From: Dehalococcoidia bacterium
GTDB lineage: Bacteria > Chloroflexota > Dehalococcoidia > Lucifugimonadales > JADFKI01
Length of the DNA stretch: 64,000 bases
Direction of reading: 5' to 3'
Assembly: GCA_965225795.1 (NCBI GenBank)
Contig: CBDDBQ010000001.1
Coordinates: forward strand, 9-64,008
How positions within the stretch are numbered: the first letter of the stretch is position 1; each line of letters starts with the position of its first letter. The translations under genes were made by a program, and so were the position numbers. Of the stretch, positions 1-9,439 are shown piece by piece. The notes under the pieces are model-generated. The model was not told the DNA's origin, made no database searches, and saw only the letters and a list, made by a program, of their open reading frames with translations.

Positions 1-2
1 CA

Positions 3-464
3 AATGACCCCTACCTCGCGATAGAAGATGTCTCGCTCGAACAGTATCGACGCATTCAGGGCATCAACATCGACGGTGTATTCTTTGGTCTTAAGGCACT
101 GCTCCCGCACATGCGGGCCAAGGGAGGCGCGGTCACCATCACTGCGTCCATCGCTGGCCTCACCTCGGTCGGCATAGACCCGCTCTATGCCCTGTCCAAG
201 TACGGGATGATCGGACTCGGGCGCAGCGTGGCTGAAGCCAACAGGGACACCAATATTCGCGTCAACGTGATTTGCCCGGGCGTGGTCGACACGGCAATCA
301 TTCCCGATGATTTTCGTGCGCCACAGTTTCACGTGATGCAGCCTGAAGTCATGGCCGCCGAAATCGTCGACCTGTTGTTTCAGGGCGAGAATGGGGAAGT
401 GCGGGTTAAGGTCGGCGATCGCCCGGCCTTCCGGGTCGAGGCGATGAATTTTAGAGCTGAGTAG
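3..464 (+). CDS. Short-chain dehydrogenase/reductase (SDR) family oxidoreductase, 3' part (5' end outside window)
   Basis: Frame 3 is open from the window edge (NDPYLAIEDVSLEQYRRIQGINIDGVFFGLKALLPHM) and runs into ORF 111..464. Catalytic YxxxK (YALSKYG) and NVICPGVVDT motif are typical of classical SDRs. Confidence 0.85.
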   Translation, partial: NDPYLAIEDVSLEQYRRIQGINIDGVFFGLKALLPHMRAKGGAVTITASIAGLTSVGIDPLYALSKYGMIGLGRSVAEANRDTNIRVNVICPGVVDTAIIPDDFRAPQFHVMQPEVMAAEIVDLLFQGENGEVRVKVGDRPAFRVEAMNFRAE

Positions 465-510
465 CGAGGCCGATGGTCGGCGCTGCTGGCCGAAGACGGG
501 TGAAGGACAC

Positions 511-933
511 ATGAATCTTGAAGAACTTTGTGCACGCGAACAGATTCGCGAAGTGCTCTATAGCTATTGCCGGGGCCTCGACCGTGGGGACGTCAAGCTC
601 ATTGAGGGCGTCTACCATCCCGACGCGACCGACTATCATGGAACCTTCAAAGGCTTGGGCCGAGAATTCGCCTCCCACATAGTTGTGTCCATGGATCCTG
701 TTGCCGCGCCCGCACAGCACCATCTGACCAATATTCTTATCAGGTTTGACCAGCCGGGAGGCAAAGCGGCTTCAGTGGAAACCTATTTCATCGCCTTTCA
801 TCCCCAGAGCGTCGCAGAAGATGATTCCACGAAGCTGGCATTTGTTGGTGGCAGGTACCTCGATAGGTTCGAGCACAGGGACGGAGCTTGGCGCATCAGC
901 GAGCGAAGAGCGGCGACCCTTTTTGTCCGCTAG
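511..933 (+). CDS. SnoaL-like / NTF2-fold domain protein
   Basis: 140-aa ORF. N-terminal EQIREVLYSYCRGLDRGDVKLIEGVYHPDA and C-terminal GRYLDRFEHRDGAWRISERR follow the SnoaL_4-type pattern. Compact spacing after the SDR gene. Confidence 0.6.
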   Translation: MNLEELCAREQIREVLYSYCRGLDRGDVKLIEGVYHPDATDYHGTFKGLGREFASHIVVSMDPVAAPAQHHLTNILIRFDQPGGKAASVETYFIAFHPQSVAEDDSTKLAFVGGRYLDRFEHRDGAWRISERRAATLFVR

Positions 934-954
934 CCTGCCCGAATTCCAAGCTGT

Positions 955-1141
955 GTAGGGGCGACGCGTGGAGTCTGCGCGGCAGGAATTCGAGGCTGCA
1001 AATCCGCTCTCATCCGCGGCCTTGGCACCTCATTTTCGTTGAATATGACCCGATATTCGCCTCAAATGAGGCACCAAGGCCACGGCGATAGCGAATTTTC
1101 GCTTTCACGACTTCCTGCCGCGCAGACTCCATGCGTCGCCC
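955..1141 (+). repeat. REP-derived long palindromic (MITE-like) element, copy 1
   Basis: Left arm GGGCGACGCGTGGAGTCTGCGCGGCAGGAA (958..988) versus the reverse complement of 1112..1141 shows 1 mismatch in 30. A nested second inverted repeat is GGCCTTGGCACCTCATTT / AAATGAGGCACCAAGGCC. A GTAGGGG REP head lies at 955. Confidence 0.7.
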
Positions 1142-1300
1142 GAACATGCCTCGCCCGAATTGAATATCCGGATTAGATTGCGTCCTCCGCGCCATCCCGG
1201 CCCTAGAGCAGGAAACACACCCCAAAAAAGGACCTCCATGGTCACTAATAAACCCATATAATCGACCTTGCCATCATGAATCGAGGCAAGCAGCGCGCTA

Positions 1301-2675
1301 ATGGAACGTAGGCAATTCAACTTGTTGAAGGCTTGGCTGGCCAATCCCCGCCGCAAGCCACTCATTTTGCGCGGCGCGAGGCAGGTGGGTAAGTCGACCC
1401 TGGTGAGACTATTCGCGTCGCAGCAGAAGCGCAGGCTCGCAGTAGTGAACCTTGAACGTCACCCGGAACTTCTTGGCGCATTTCAAGCCGGACGCCCCAA
1501 GGACTTGGTTGATGTATTTGAAGCCTTGCCGGGGGTAGGTGCTATCACGCCCGACTCCTTATTGTTCCTCGATGAGATTCAGGCGGTTCCGGACGCTATT
1601 CCAGCGCTTCGCTACTTCTATGAGGAGCTCGGCGAAATCCCTCTCGTCGCCGCAGGTTCGCTCATTGGAGTTTGCCCTCGCCAATCATCGCTTCTCAATG
1701 CCGGTGGGCCGGATCGAATACCTGCATATGGGGCCCATGACCTTTACGGAATTTCTCGACGCCCTTGAAGAAACGAAGCTCTCGTCTCTTGTTCAGACGT
1801 TTGAGATGGGCCGCGAAATTCATCCAGCAGTGCACGCCAGGCTACTCGAACTGGTGCGTCTCTATTGCTTCATTGGTGGCATGCCCGAGGCTGTCGATAC
1901 CTACGCTCGCACTCGGCACGTACGGGATGTCGGCCAGGTACACAACTCCATTATCGAGACCTGGCGTGAGGACTTTCCCAAGTACATAGGATCACGCAAC
2001 CTTGCGCGAATGCAGCAGGTATTTAATTTCGCCGCGCGCAACCTTGGCAAGAAGGTCAAGTACAGTCTGTTTTCATCTCATGACAAGAGCGCAACAATCA
2101 AAGGCGACATCGAGCTCTTGTGCATGGCACGTGTGTTGTCGAAGGTCGTCCACAGCCATTGCAGCGGCCTTCCGCTGCAAGCGGAAGTCAGTCCCAATGT
2201 GTACAAGTTGGTTTTTTTGGATGTGGGGTTGATGAATGCCATGTGTGGGCTCGACTGGATGGCGCTGCGGCATTCGCAGAACACTCCTTTCGTGAACGCT
2301 GGCCCTGTCGCAGAGCAGTTCGTTGGGCAACACGTGCTCGACATGCTCTCGGCTTCGCCAAACCGGGAAATGACCTACTGGTTAAGGGAGGGGCGCGCCA
2401 ACAACGCGGAGGTGGACTACGTAGTGGCGCTCAATGGACGGATCGTCCCGATTGAGGTGAAGGCCGCCGCAAGCGGAAGGCTTAAGTCGCTGCATCAATT
2501 TGTCGCGGAAAAGGGCGTGCGGCACGCGGTTCGTTTCGACGCAGGCTTGCCGCACCGTCAATCGATTGCCATGAAGGCGCGCCGCGGCGATGAGATGGTT
2601 CCGGTGAACTACAAGCTCACTTCACTGCCGCTGTATCTAGTGGAAAGCCTGCCACGGATCGATTTTGCCGACTAG
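1301..2675 (+). pseudogene. AAA+ ATPase with DUF4143-type C-terminal domain (AAA_14/DUF4143 family), interrupted by a 1-nt frameshift near 1664
   Basis: ORF 1301..1768 carries Walker A (GARQVGKST) and Walker B (LLFLDEIQ). ORF 1539..2675 continues the same family (EFALANHRFSMPVGRIEYLHMGPMTFTEF). Removing the A at 1664 gives GSLLEFALANH across the joint. Confidence 0.8.
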
Positions 2676-2748
2676 GACAGCGCACTAGTCGCATGGGAAA
2701 AGCCGTGGTAGCATCAGCATTTGATTCAGTTGTGAGGGAGCTAGGATC

Positions 2749-3264
2749 ATGAAAAAGCTCATCTTTGTGTCGCTTCTATTGGTGCCTTGCCTAGGCGCGG
2801 CGAACGCCGACCAGTTCCTGCAGGCGTCCTCGTCCATCACCCAGTGCCCTGGCATGGCGCCCGAGGTAGTCCAGATTGACATCACGGACGCAGCGAGCGG
2901 CATTACCTTGGCCGACAACAAGGTCACCGTCAGTGAAGCTGGCCCATATCTAATCGTCGCCGCACCCCAGGTTGGGCGCGAAGGCGGCGGCCCGCTTGGC
3001 TGTTTTGACTTGTGGCTGCGTGTCAATGGCGTCGATGTCGCCAACTCCAATGTACAGCTCTGTCAGGACGAGGGCAGCATGGCCAAGGACGTGATCATTT
3101 CGCAGGGGATAGTGCCCCTGTCGGAAGGCGACACGGTGGAAGTGATGATGTCGGCCAATAATCCAGAGGCCGGCATGTGCATTGAGGCGATCGAACCGCC
3201 CGGCGAGCCACTTGGTGCCGTCGATCATCTTTTCCATGATCAGGTAACAGTCCGCGCCCGTTAA
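2749..3264 (+). CDS. Secreted hypothetical protein, possible C1q/TNF-like jelly-roll domain
   Basis: Signal peptide MKKLIFVSLLLVPCLGAANA. Strand pattern GPYLIVAAPQVG...LWLRVNGVDVANS...IVPLSEGDTVEVMM resembles C1q-like domains (inference). A +1 frame from about 3214 gives a more beta-strand-like end, VPSIIFSMIR, with a stop at 3245..3247. Confidence 0.55.
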   Translation: MKKLIFVSLLLVPCLGAANADQFLQASSSITQCPGMAPEVVQIDITDAASGITLADNKVTVSEAGPYLIVAAPQVGREGGGPLGCFDLWLRVNGVDVANSNVQLCQDEGSMAKDVIISQGIVPLSEGDTVEVMMSANNPEAGMCIEAIEPPGEPLGAVDHLFHDQVTVRAR

Positions 3265-3348
3265 CCTGCGTTCCCGGCGCCAGGCCGCTGGGAGTGCCGC
3301 AGAGGGCGTTGCCTGGTGACTGGCTGCCCGCCCGAGGCAGACAGGATA

Positions 3349-5374
3349 CTAGTGCCCGCGAACGCCTTCCGGCAATGCCTCAATAATCTCGGCGAGCGCC
3401 TCTCCCACCCAGGAAAGCTGCGGTTCATAATTGCGCCAGCGGCCGATCCCCTCATCCGTAATCGGCTGGCGAACCTGTTCCGAGCTGGCCGTTCTCACGG
3501 CGCGCCTGGTTTCATGGAATCGAACACAGCCCTCTTCGAAGGGAAGCTCACAATGCTCAAGAATGCGCCGCACTTGCATTTCCAAGGATGCCACCGTCTC
3601 TTCAAGGTGCACATCCAGAACCTTGCCAGGTAGCACTCGTCGCCAGTGCTTCATGATGGCGTCGTAGCGCGCGTAGTAATGGACTAGGTCGTCCAGATCG
3701 TAGGTGAAAGTCTGCCCCTTGGCGAAGAGCTGTTTGTAGCAACCGAGGCAGGTGTCGAGCGGGTGCCGCCGCGCGTTGATGATCTTCGCATTCGGCAATA
3801 TGAGATGGATCAAGCCAACGAGCGGAAAGTTATTGGGCATCTTGTCGGTGAAGACGGGACAATCGGTGAGCCGGATGTCCGCGGCCTCCTCAAGGTAGGT
3901 TTGTCCATAGCCGCGCCAGTCAAGCCGGCGCAGGTGTTCGAGTGCCTGTGGGAACTGCAACTGATCGGATCTATAGCGGCCTACCGAAGCAGAGATCTTG
4001 CTGAGGATTGGTAGTTCCGAAGTGCCCTCAACCATGGAGTGACTGGCAAGGATCTGCTCCACCAGTGTCGAGCCTGACCGAGGCAGCCCGACAACGAAAA
4101 TGGGCGCGGGCGACGGATCCCCGAGGCCTTCATGCGCTTCGATGAACTCGCGAGAGAAGACTTCCATGATGTCCTGGTGTCGTTTCTCCATTTCCAGCGG
4201 ATCGTGCGTAACTTCCGGACGCTTTCTGCGATTCCCAGAGTCGAAGTAGCGCCATGCCTCGTCATAGACCCCTCGGTCCTCCAGTGCCTTGGCCAGCGCA
4301 AAGCGAAAGTGCACTTCCTCGCTGGCGCTTAGATCGCTACGTTCAAGTTGCTCGCGCATGGCGTCAAGTTCCGCGTCCTCAAAGCGAAACACCTTGAGAT
4401 TCGCCATGCTCCAATAGGCTTCGCCGAATTCAGGGCGCCGCTCTATGGCGCGACGATAGGCGGCGACGGCGGCATTTTGATCACCCAGGGTTTTCAATGA
4501 ATGCGCGAAACTCATGTGCAGGTTTGCAGAATTCGGCTTCAGTTCAACGGCCTTTTGATAGGTGCGAACGCTCTCATCGGTGTCGCCCATGCGTGCCGCG
4601 GCACTCCCAAGCCCGGACCAGGGGCGCGCATCTTCCGGTGCCAACGCGGCGGCGTGCCGGTAGGCGTCTATGGCATCCGCCTCCTTGTTGAACTCGAGCA
4701 ACACAGCACCGAGCGTTAGCCAGGCTTGGAGAAAGTCGGGTGCAATCTGTACGGCTCGACGCAACCAGGCCTCGGCATCCGCAAGCTGTTTCTTCTCCTG
4801 CCAATAGGCGACGGCAAGAAAACGCATGGCATCCACGTTGTTGGGGCTGCCCCTCAAGAGCTCCCGGAATGTCGCTATGGCTTGATCGGCCCTACCCGCC
4901 TTGAGGTGGTCGACGCCAAGCGCGACCTTGCTCGCGTCGGCGTCGCGTTCGAAGAAGGCCTCGAAATGTTCATCAGACTGCTTCCCCTCGCCAAGAGACT
5001 GCCAGTGCTTCGGCAAGTTTCTTGTGCGCGAGTGGTGAATTGGGGTCGAGTCGGATGGCCTTCTGAAACATGGGCACGGCCTTGTCGAATTGCCCCCTCA
5101 TCGCGAGAATGCTGCCGAGATCTTCGTAGAGATATGGAAGATCCGGCGCAAGACCGAGGCCGTTCTCGACTTCCACCTCAGCCTCATCCAAACGTCCCTG
5201 GCGCATGAGCGAGTGGCCCAACAAGCGTCGGTGCCGCGGGCTCGATGGATTCATGAGCAGGAAGTCGCGGCAAATTTCCTCTGCGCGCAGTGGCCGGTTT
5301 GCGCGCATGGCCTGAATGGCCGCGGCGATACTGGCATCGCCTTCCGGGTTCTGACTCGACTCTTGGACTTTCAT
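3349..5374 (-). pseudogene. TPR-repeat sulfotransferase family protein, two ORFs (4973..5374 and 3349..5016) joined by an apparent 1-nt frameshift near 4995..5003
   Basis: TPR repeats occur in both pieces. The sulfotransferase PAPS-binding motif GLPRSGSTLVEQIL is in the C-terminal half. The two frames overlap by 44 nt and read LAHKKLAEALA / SLGEGKQSDEHFEAF across the joint. Confidence 0.8.
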
Positions 5375-5965
5375 GATGAAGCGCCCCGCACTGCGTCGCG
5401 AAATGCAGCGAGTTCGCCCGGCGTGTTGATATTTATGAAGCTGTCCGCAATCTCGGAAAGATCGGTGTGCTCGATGTCTTCAGCATCCAGCCATCTGTGA
5501 ATCGCCCTACCGCCAGCATGGTAGAAGCGTGCCAGCGAAGCCGCGGCATCCCTGCGCAGAAGCATGGTGAGATTTTGTCTCTGTTGCCCATCGTGAGCGA
5601 CGGCTGCACCTTGTGATTCGGCATCCATGGTGAGGCGTTCGACAAGGTTTGGCACCGTCCAGGGCGCATCTGCCGGACAGGTCTGAATCCAATCTGTAGT
5701 GACGCTATCCAGCGCCGAGACCAATCCCCCGAGCGGGCCTTGGTCAGGCGTTGCATCCGGCACCAGGTCGCAACCGAGCTGCTCGTAGCCTTGTGCATCC
5801 GCGCCGACGCTCAAGATGATTCGACCGACCTGTGGACGCAGCCGCTCCACCGCATACGCGAACAAGCGGCTTGTCGCCAATACGAATCAGCGGTTTTTCG
5901 ACACCCCCGAGGCGGCGGCCGCGTCCGCCGCAGAAGATGATGCCAGTAACTTGTTCCGGCGTCAT
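5371..5965 (-). pseudogene. mobA: Molybdenum cofactor guanylyltransferase MobA, apparent frameshift near 5857..5869
   Basis: The N-terminal piece MTPEQVTGIIFCGGRGRRLGGVEKPLIRIGDKPL (ORF 5744..5965) matches the MobA GTP-binding motif. The remainder, FAYAVERLRPQV...NINTPGELAAF, is in ORF 5371..5880. ATGA overlaps occur with fdhD (5962..5965) and the sulfotransferase (5371..5374). Confidence 0.8.
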
Positions 5966-6825
5966 GCCAGGACGCGATGAGGAAGGGTGTAGATATTGAA
6001 CCCCTCGGCCTTGAGGAACCCGACTAGGCTGATTCCCTGCTCTTCGGCGAGTTCAATGGCAAGGCTCGATGGCGCGCCTATGGCTGCGATCAATCGTACG
6101 CCAGCCATTGCGGCCTTCTGGATGAGCTCGAAACTTGCTCGTCCGCTCAGCAGAACGCCGTATCGCGACAAGCCGCCTTCGGCGAGATAGGAGCCCACCA
6201 ACTTGTCGAGCGCGTTGTGTCGGCCAACATCCTCACGCAATCGCAGGATGCTTCCCGCGGCGCTGAAGCTTGCCGAAGCGTGAAGCCCCCCGGTACGCGC
6301 GAATTCATCTTGCCGCTCGCGCAAAGCGGCTGGAAGCGCGCCAAGCGAATCGGCACCTATGCGAAAGCCTGGGTCGGCTCTCTTGGGCACTTGCACGCGA
6401 ATCGCTTCGAGTGATGCCTTGCCGCACACCCCACAACTCGAGCTGGTATAGAAGTGACGCTTGAGCGCTTCCAAATCGACATCCACGGCATCGGCGAGTT
6501 CGACTCGAAGCACATTTTGAAGGCCCTTGTCAGGGCTCGGCGGCCCGCAATGAGCAAGCTTTGCGACATCCTGGGCGCTGTGAATGATCGCTTCGCCGGC
6601 GAGAAACCCGAGCGCGAGCTCCGCATCATGTCCGGGCGTGCGCATGGTGATGGAAATGCTCTGCTCGCGCCGCGTCCCCGTATCCTGGTAGGACAAGCGG
6701 ATTTCAAGAGGCTCTTCCACGCTGATCTGGTCACTCTGCTCCTCGGCGCCCTCGGCCGACAAGCGAGTGATCTGGCGTCGCAGGCTTCCGGCGATCAGCG
6801 AGGTGGCTTGAATGTCGTCGTTCAT
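5962..6825 (-). CDS. fdhD: Formate dehydrogenase accessory sulfurtransferase FdhD (FdsC-type)
   Basis: Motifs SSSCGVCGKASLEAI, GGLHASA and EDVGRHNALDKLVG are diagnostic of FdhD. Confidence 0.9.
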   Translation of the reverse strand: MNDDIQATSLIAGSLRRQITRLSAEGAEEQSDQISVEEPLEIRLSYQDTGTRREQSISITMRTPGHDAELALGFLAGEAIIHSAQDVAKLAHCGPPSPDKGLQNVLRVELADAVDVDLEALKRHFYTSSSCGVCGKASLEAIRVQVPKRADPGFRIGADSLGALPAALRERQDEFARTGGLHASASFSAAGSILRLREDVGRHNALDKLVGSYLAEGGLSRYGVLLSGRASFELIQKAAMAGVRLIAAIGAPSSLAIELAEEQGISLVGFLKAEGFNIYTLPHRVLA

Positions 6826-7137
6826 CAGAACGTGTGCGCGAGCGGCGTCGCCGACACCATCTCACCAGGTCTCAATGGATACGTGCGCGTCATGGCTCTA
6901 CCGGGAAGTTCCGGAGGTGAAAGGGCATGAACAAGCATACGATAGGCATGCTGTTATCGGAAGTCCCCTGGAGTGCACTAGGCAAGCAGAGCGGGTCCGG
7001 CCCTATGGTCGAGATCTTCTCGTTCGACAACTTGTGACCGAAGCCCCAGCGACCCGTTGAATGAGTGCGCGTACAGAGGTTTTGGTGGAGGAGTCACGGT
7101 AGACTAGCAGGCTACTCCGTGAATTCGGGAGCCTCAG

Positions 7138-7734
7138 ATGCTTCAGTTCCTTCGTCTTTTTCCTGTCTGCCTTGTTGTCGGAGCTGGCTGCTCCTGGGCC
7201 GCGAGCCTTTCAGAAATGCCAAGCGGCGCCTATTCTCTTGACAAGAATCATGCGTATGTCACCTTCACCTATAGTCATCTCGGATTCTCGACGCCGCACG
7301 TGGGATTCCGCAGCTTGGATGCGTCGCTTGAGTACAACGCTGAGGATCCCGCCGCGAGCCTTGTGAGCGTTACAGTTGATGCGGCGAGCATTGATAGCCG
7401 GGTGGATGAGTTCAACGAGCACCTGCGAGGCGAGCAGTTCTTCAATGTGGCCGAATATCCCGAGATTTCCTTCACCAGCACCGGCATTGAAATGCTCGAT
7501 GATGGCAAGGCCAAGATCACTGGGAATCTGACCCTCATGGGAGTCACTGCCCCGGTCACACTCGATGCCGAATTGACCGGTGCCGGGAAGCACCCTATGA
7601 GGGACATTTCGGTTATTGGGGTGAACGCGCAGACAACATTGATCCGCTCGCAGTGGAATCTCGGAATCTATGCGCCAGTTGTCGGCGACGAAGTTTCACT
7701 CTTCATCAGCGCGGAATTTCATCGGCCCGGCTAG
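7138..7734 (+). CDS. YceI family periplasmic (polyisoprenoid-binding) protein
   Basis: Signal peptide followed by YSLDKNHAYVTFTYSHLGFSTPHVGF, RVDEFNEHLRGEQFFNVAEYPEISF and GNLTLMGVTAPVTLD, as in the YceI family. Confidence 0.85.
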   Translation: MLQFLRLFPVCLVVGAGCSWAASLSEMPSGAYSLDKNHAYVTFTYSHLGFSTPHVGFRSLDASLEYNAEDPAASLVSVTVDAASIDSRVDEFNEHLRGEQFFNVAEYPEISFTSTGIEMLDDGKAKITGNLTLMGVTAPVTLDAELTGAGKHPMRDISVIGVNAQTTLIRSQWNLGIYAPVVGDEVSLFISAEFHRPG

Positions 7735-8026
7735 TGCTAGAACTAACAGACAATTGCGCCGTGGAACGGGTATGCGGAAGGTCTTTCGCTCCCCAAGTCT
7801 CGTTGATCATTGCGGAGATCATCGGCGCGGTAGCTTAAGGCATCGTTCGGGTGCCGAGTCACAGTGATTGGTGGTGACCGAGCTGGCCGGACGGCCGTGG
7901 ACCGATGATGCGGGGAGGGGCAGACGCGACCGTGCACCATGCGCTCCACCATTCTTTGCCAGCACCCGAAGCCCACAGGAACCTTATTATGTGTCCAAGC
8001 ATAATACTTTTGTGCATAATGTCCAG

Positions 8027-9415
8027 ATGAGGTTCGTTGATCGACAGGATGAGATGCGCCGTTTGGATAATGCACTGCGGCATCCCGGCGGATTTGTTGC
8101 CATCTGGGGCCGCCGACGGGTCGGCAAATCACGCTTGCTCATTGAGTGGTCGCGTCGCCACGATGGTCTCTACACGGTGGCGGATCAATCATCTTCTGCG
8201 GTGCAGAGACGCTATCTCGCGGAGGCTGTCGCCAAGCGGTTTTCCAACTTTGCTGATGTTGAATATCCAGATTGGCGCTCCTTCTTCAGGCGTGTCTCGC
8301 AAGAGGCCGCGCTTTCCGGATGGCGCGGCCCCATCGTAATCGACGAGCTGCCCTATCTGATTGCAGCCGACCCAACCATTGTCGGGGTCTTGCAAAGTTG
8401 GCTCGACGAGCCGGGCGAGCGTCCATTCCTCGTCGTCAGCGGCTCCAGCCAACACATGATGCATAGTGCGGTGCTCGATGCCAGCGCACCCTTATACGGA
8501 CGCGCCATTGAATCCTTTGCCTTGCGTCCCTTGCGGCCAGGGTGTCTTGCCGACATCTTCGAAGGCAGCACAGCTCGCCGTCAGGTTGCACTCTACGCCC
8601 GCTGGGGTGGCATGCCGCGCTATTGGGAACTCGCTGAGCCTTTCGGTAGCAACCTCGACGATGCGCTCGATACGCTGGTTCTGGATCCTGCGGGCCCTCT
8701 GCATGGAGAGCCGGGTCGCTTGCTGTCAGAGGAAACGCCGCCTGCCACGGTGCTGCGTCCGCTTCTTGATGTAATAGGTGCTGGTGCACACAGGGTGAGC
8801 GAGATTGCCGGTCGTCTCGGCAAGAGCGCATCGAGCTTGTCTCGGCCATTGGCGACCTTGACGGAAATGAATTTTATTCGCCGCGAAACGCCATTCGGAA
8901 GCGACCCGCGATCAGGCAAGCGCAGCCTATATCAGATCGACGATCCGTTTCTGCGGGTTTGGTTCCGCGTTGTAGCGCCCTATCGTGCCGCGCTGGCCCA
9001 AGCCCCGCGGGATACGCGCCTCGCCTATTGGGATAGATTTCGAAGGGGATTGGAGGCACACGCATGGGAGGAGCTCTGCCGCATGGCGGTGCCAACACTG
9101 CATCTGGGTGACAATCCCCTCGCTCGGCTTGGTCCATGGGAGCCGGCTTCCCGTTACTGGCACGGCAATGCGCCGGAAGTTGACGTGGTCGCCCGGTCTG
9201 TCGATGGTCAACGAATTCTGGTCGCAGAAGCGAAGTGGTGGGCGAAAGCAGCGCCGAGTTGGCCTGCCGGTCCGCGCCCAGGAAATACTGTTCCTGGCGC
9301 GGCGGCGTACCAAGTGGTAAACGCAATGTTCGTTCCTGAAGCCCAGGCGAGGAAGCATCAGGCTAGGCCGGTTCACATGATCGACGCGGACACCGTCATG
9401 GCCGCGCTCAGATAG
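8027..9415 (+). CDS. ATP-binding protein, archaeal-type ATPase (PF01637-like) with DUF234-like C-terminal region
   Basis: FVDRQDEMRRLDNAL then Walker A GRRRVGKSRLL and Walker B IVIDELPYL. wHTH-like HRVSEIAGRLGKSASSLSRPLATLTEMNFI. C-terminal EVDVVA...ILVAEAKW is nuclease-fold-like. Start moved to the ATG at 8027 (the ORF track starts at 7868). Confidence 0.75.
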   Translation: MRFVDRQDEMRRLDNALRHPGGFVAIWGRRRVGKSRLLIEWSRRHDGLYTVADQSSSAVQRRYLAEAVAKRFSNFADVEYPDWRSFFRRVSQEAALSGWRGPIVIDELPYLIAADPTIVGVLQSWLDEPGERPFLVVSGSSQHMMHSAVLDASAPLYGRAIESFALRPLRPGCLADIFEGSTARRQVALYARWGGMPRYWELAEPFGSNLDDALDTLVLDPAGPLHGEPGRLLSEETPPATVLRPLLDVIGAGAHRVSEIAGRLGKSASSLSRPLATLTEMNFIRRETPFGSDPRSGKRSLYQIDDPFLRVWFRVVAPYRAALAQAPRDTRLAYWDRFRRGLEAHAWEELCRMAVPTLHLGDNPLARLGPWEPASRYWHGNAPEVDVVARSVDGQRILVAEAKWWAKAAPSWPAGPRPGNTVPGAAAYQVVNAMFVPEAQARKHQARPVHMIDADTVMAALR

Positions 9416-9439
9416 CCGAGATCAACCAGATCTGCCTGT

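Noticed and set aside
5857-5869. Programmed +1/-1 ribosomal frameshifting as an explanation for the split genes (mobA and others)
   Set aside because: No slippery heptamer, prfB-like CUU-UGA context or downstream pseudoknot is seen at the joints. The sites are heterogeneous, so indel error or mutation is more parsimonious.
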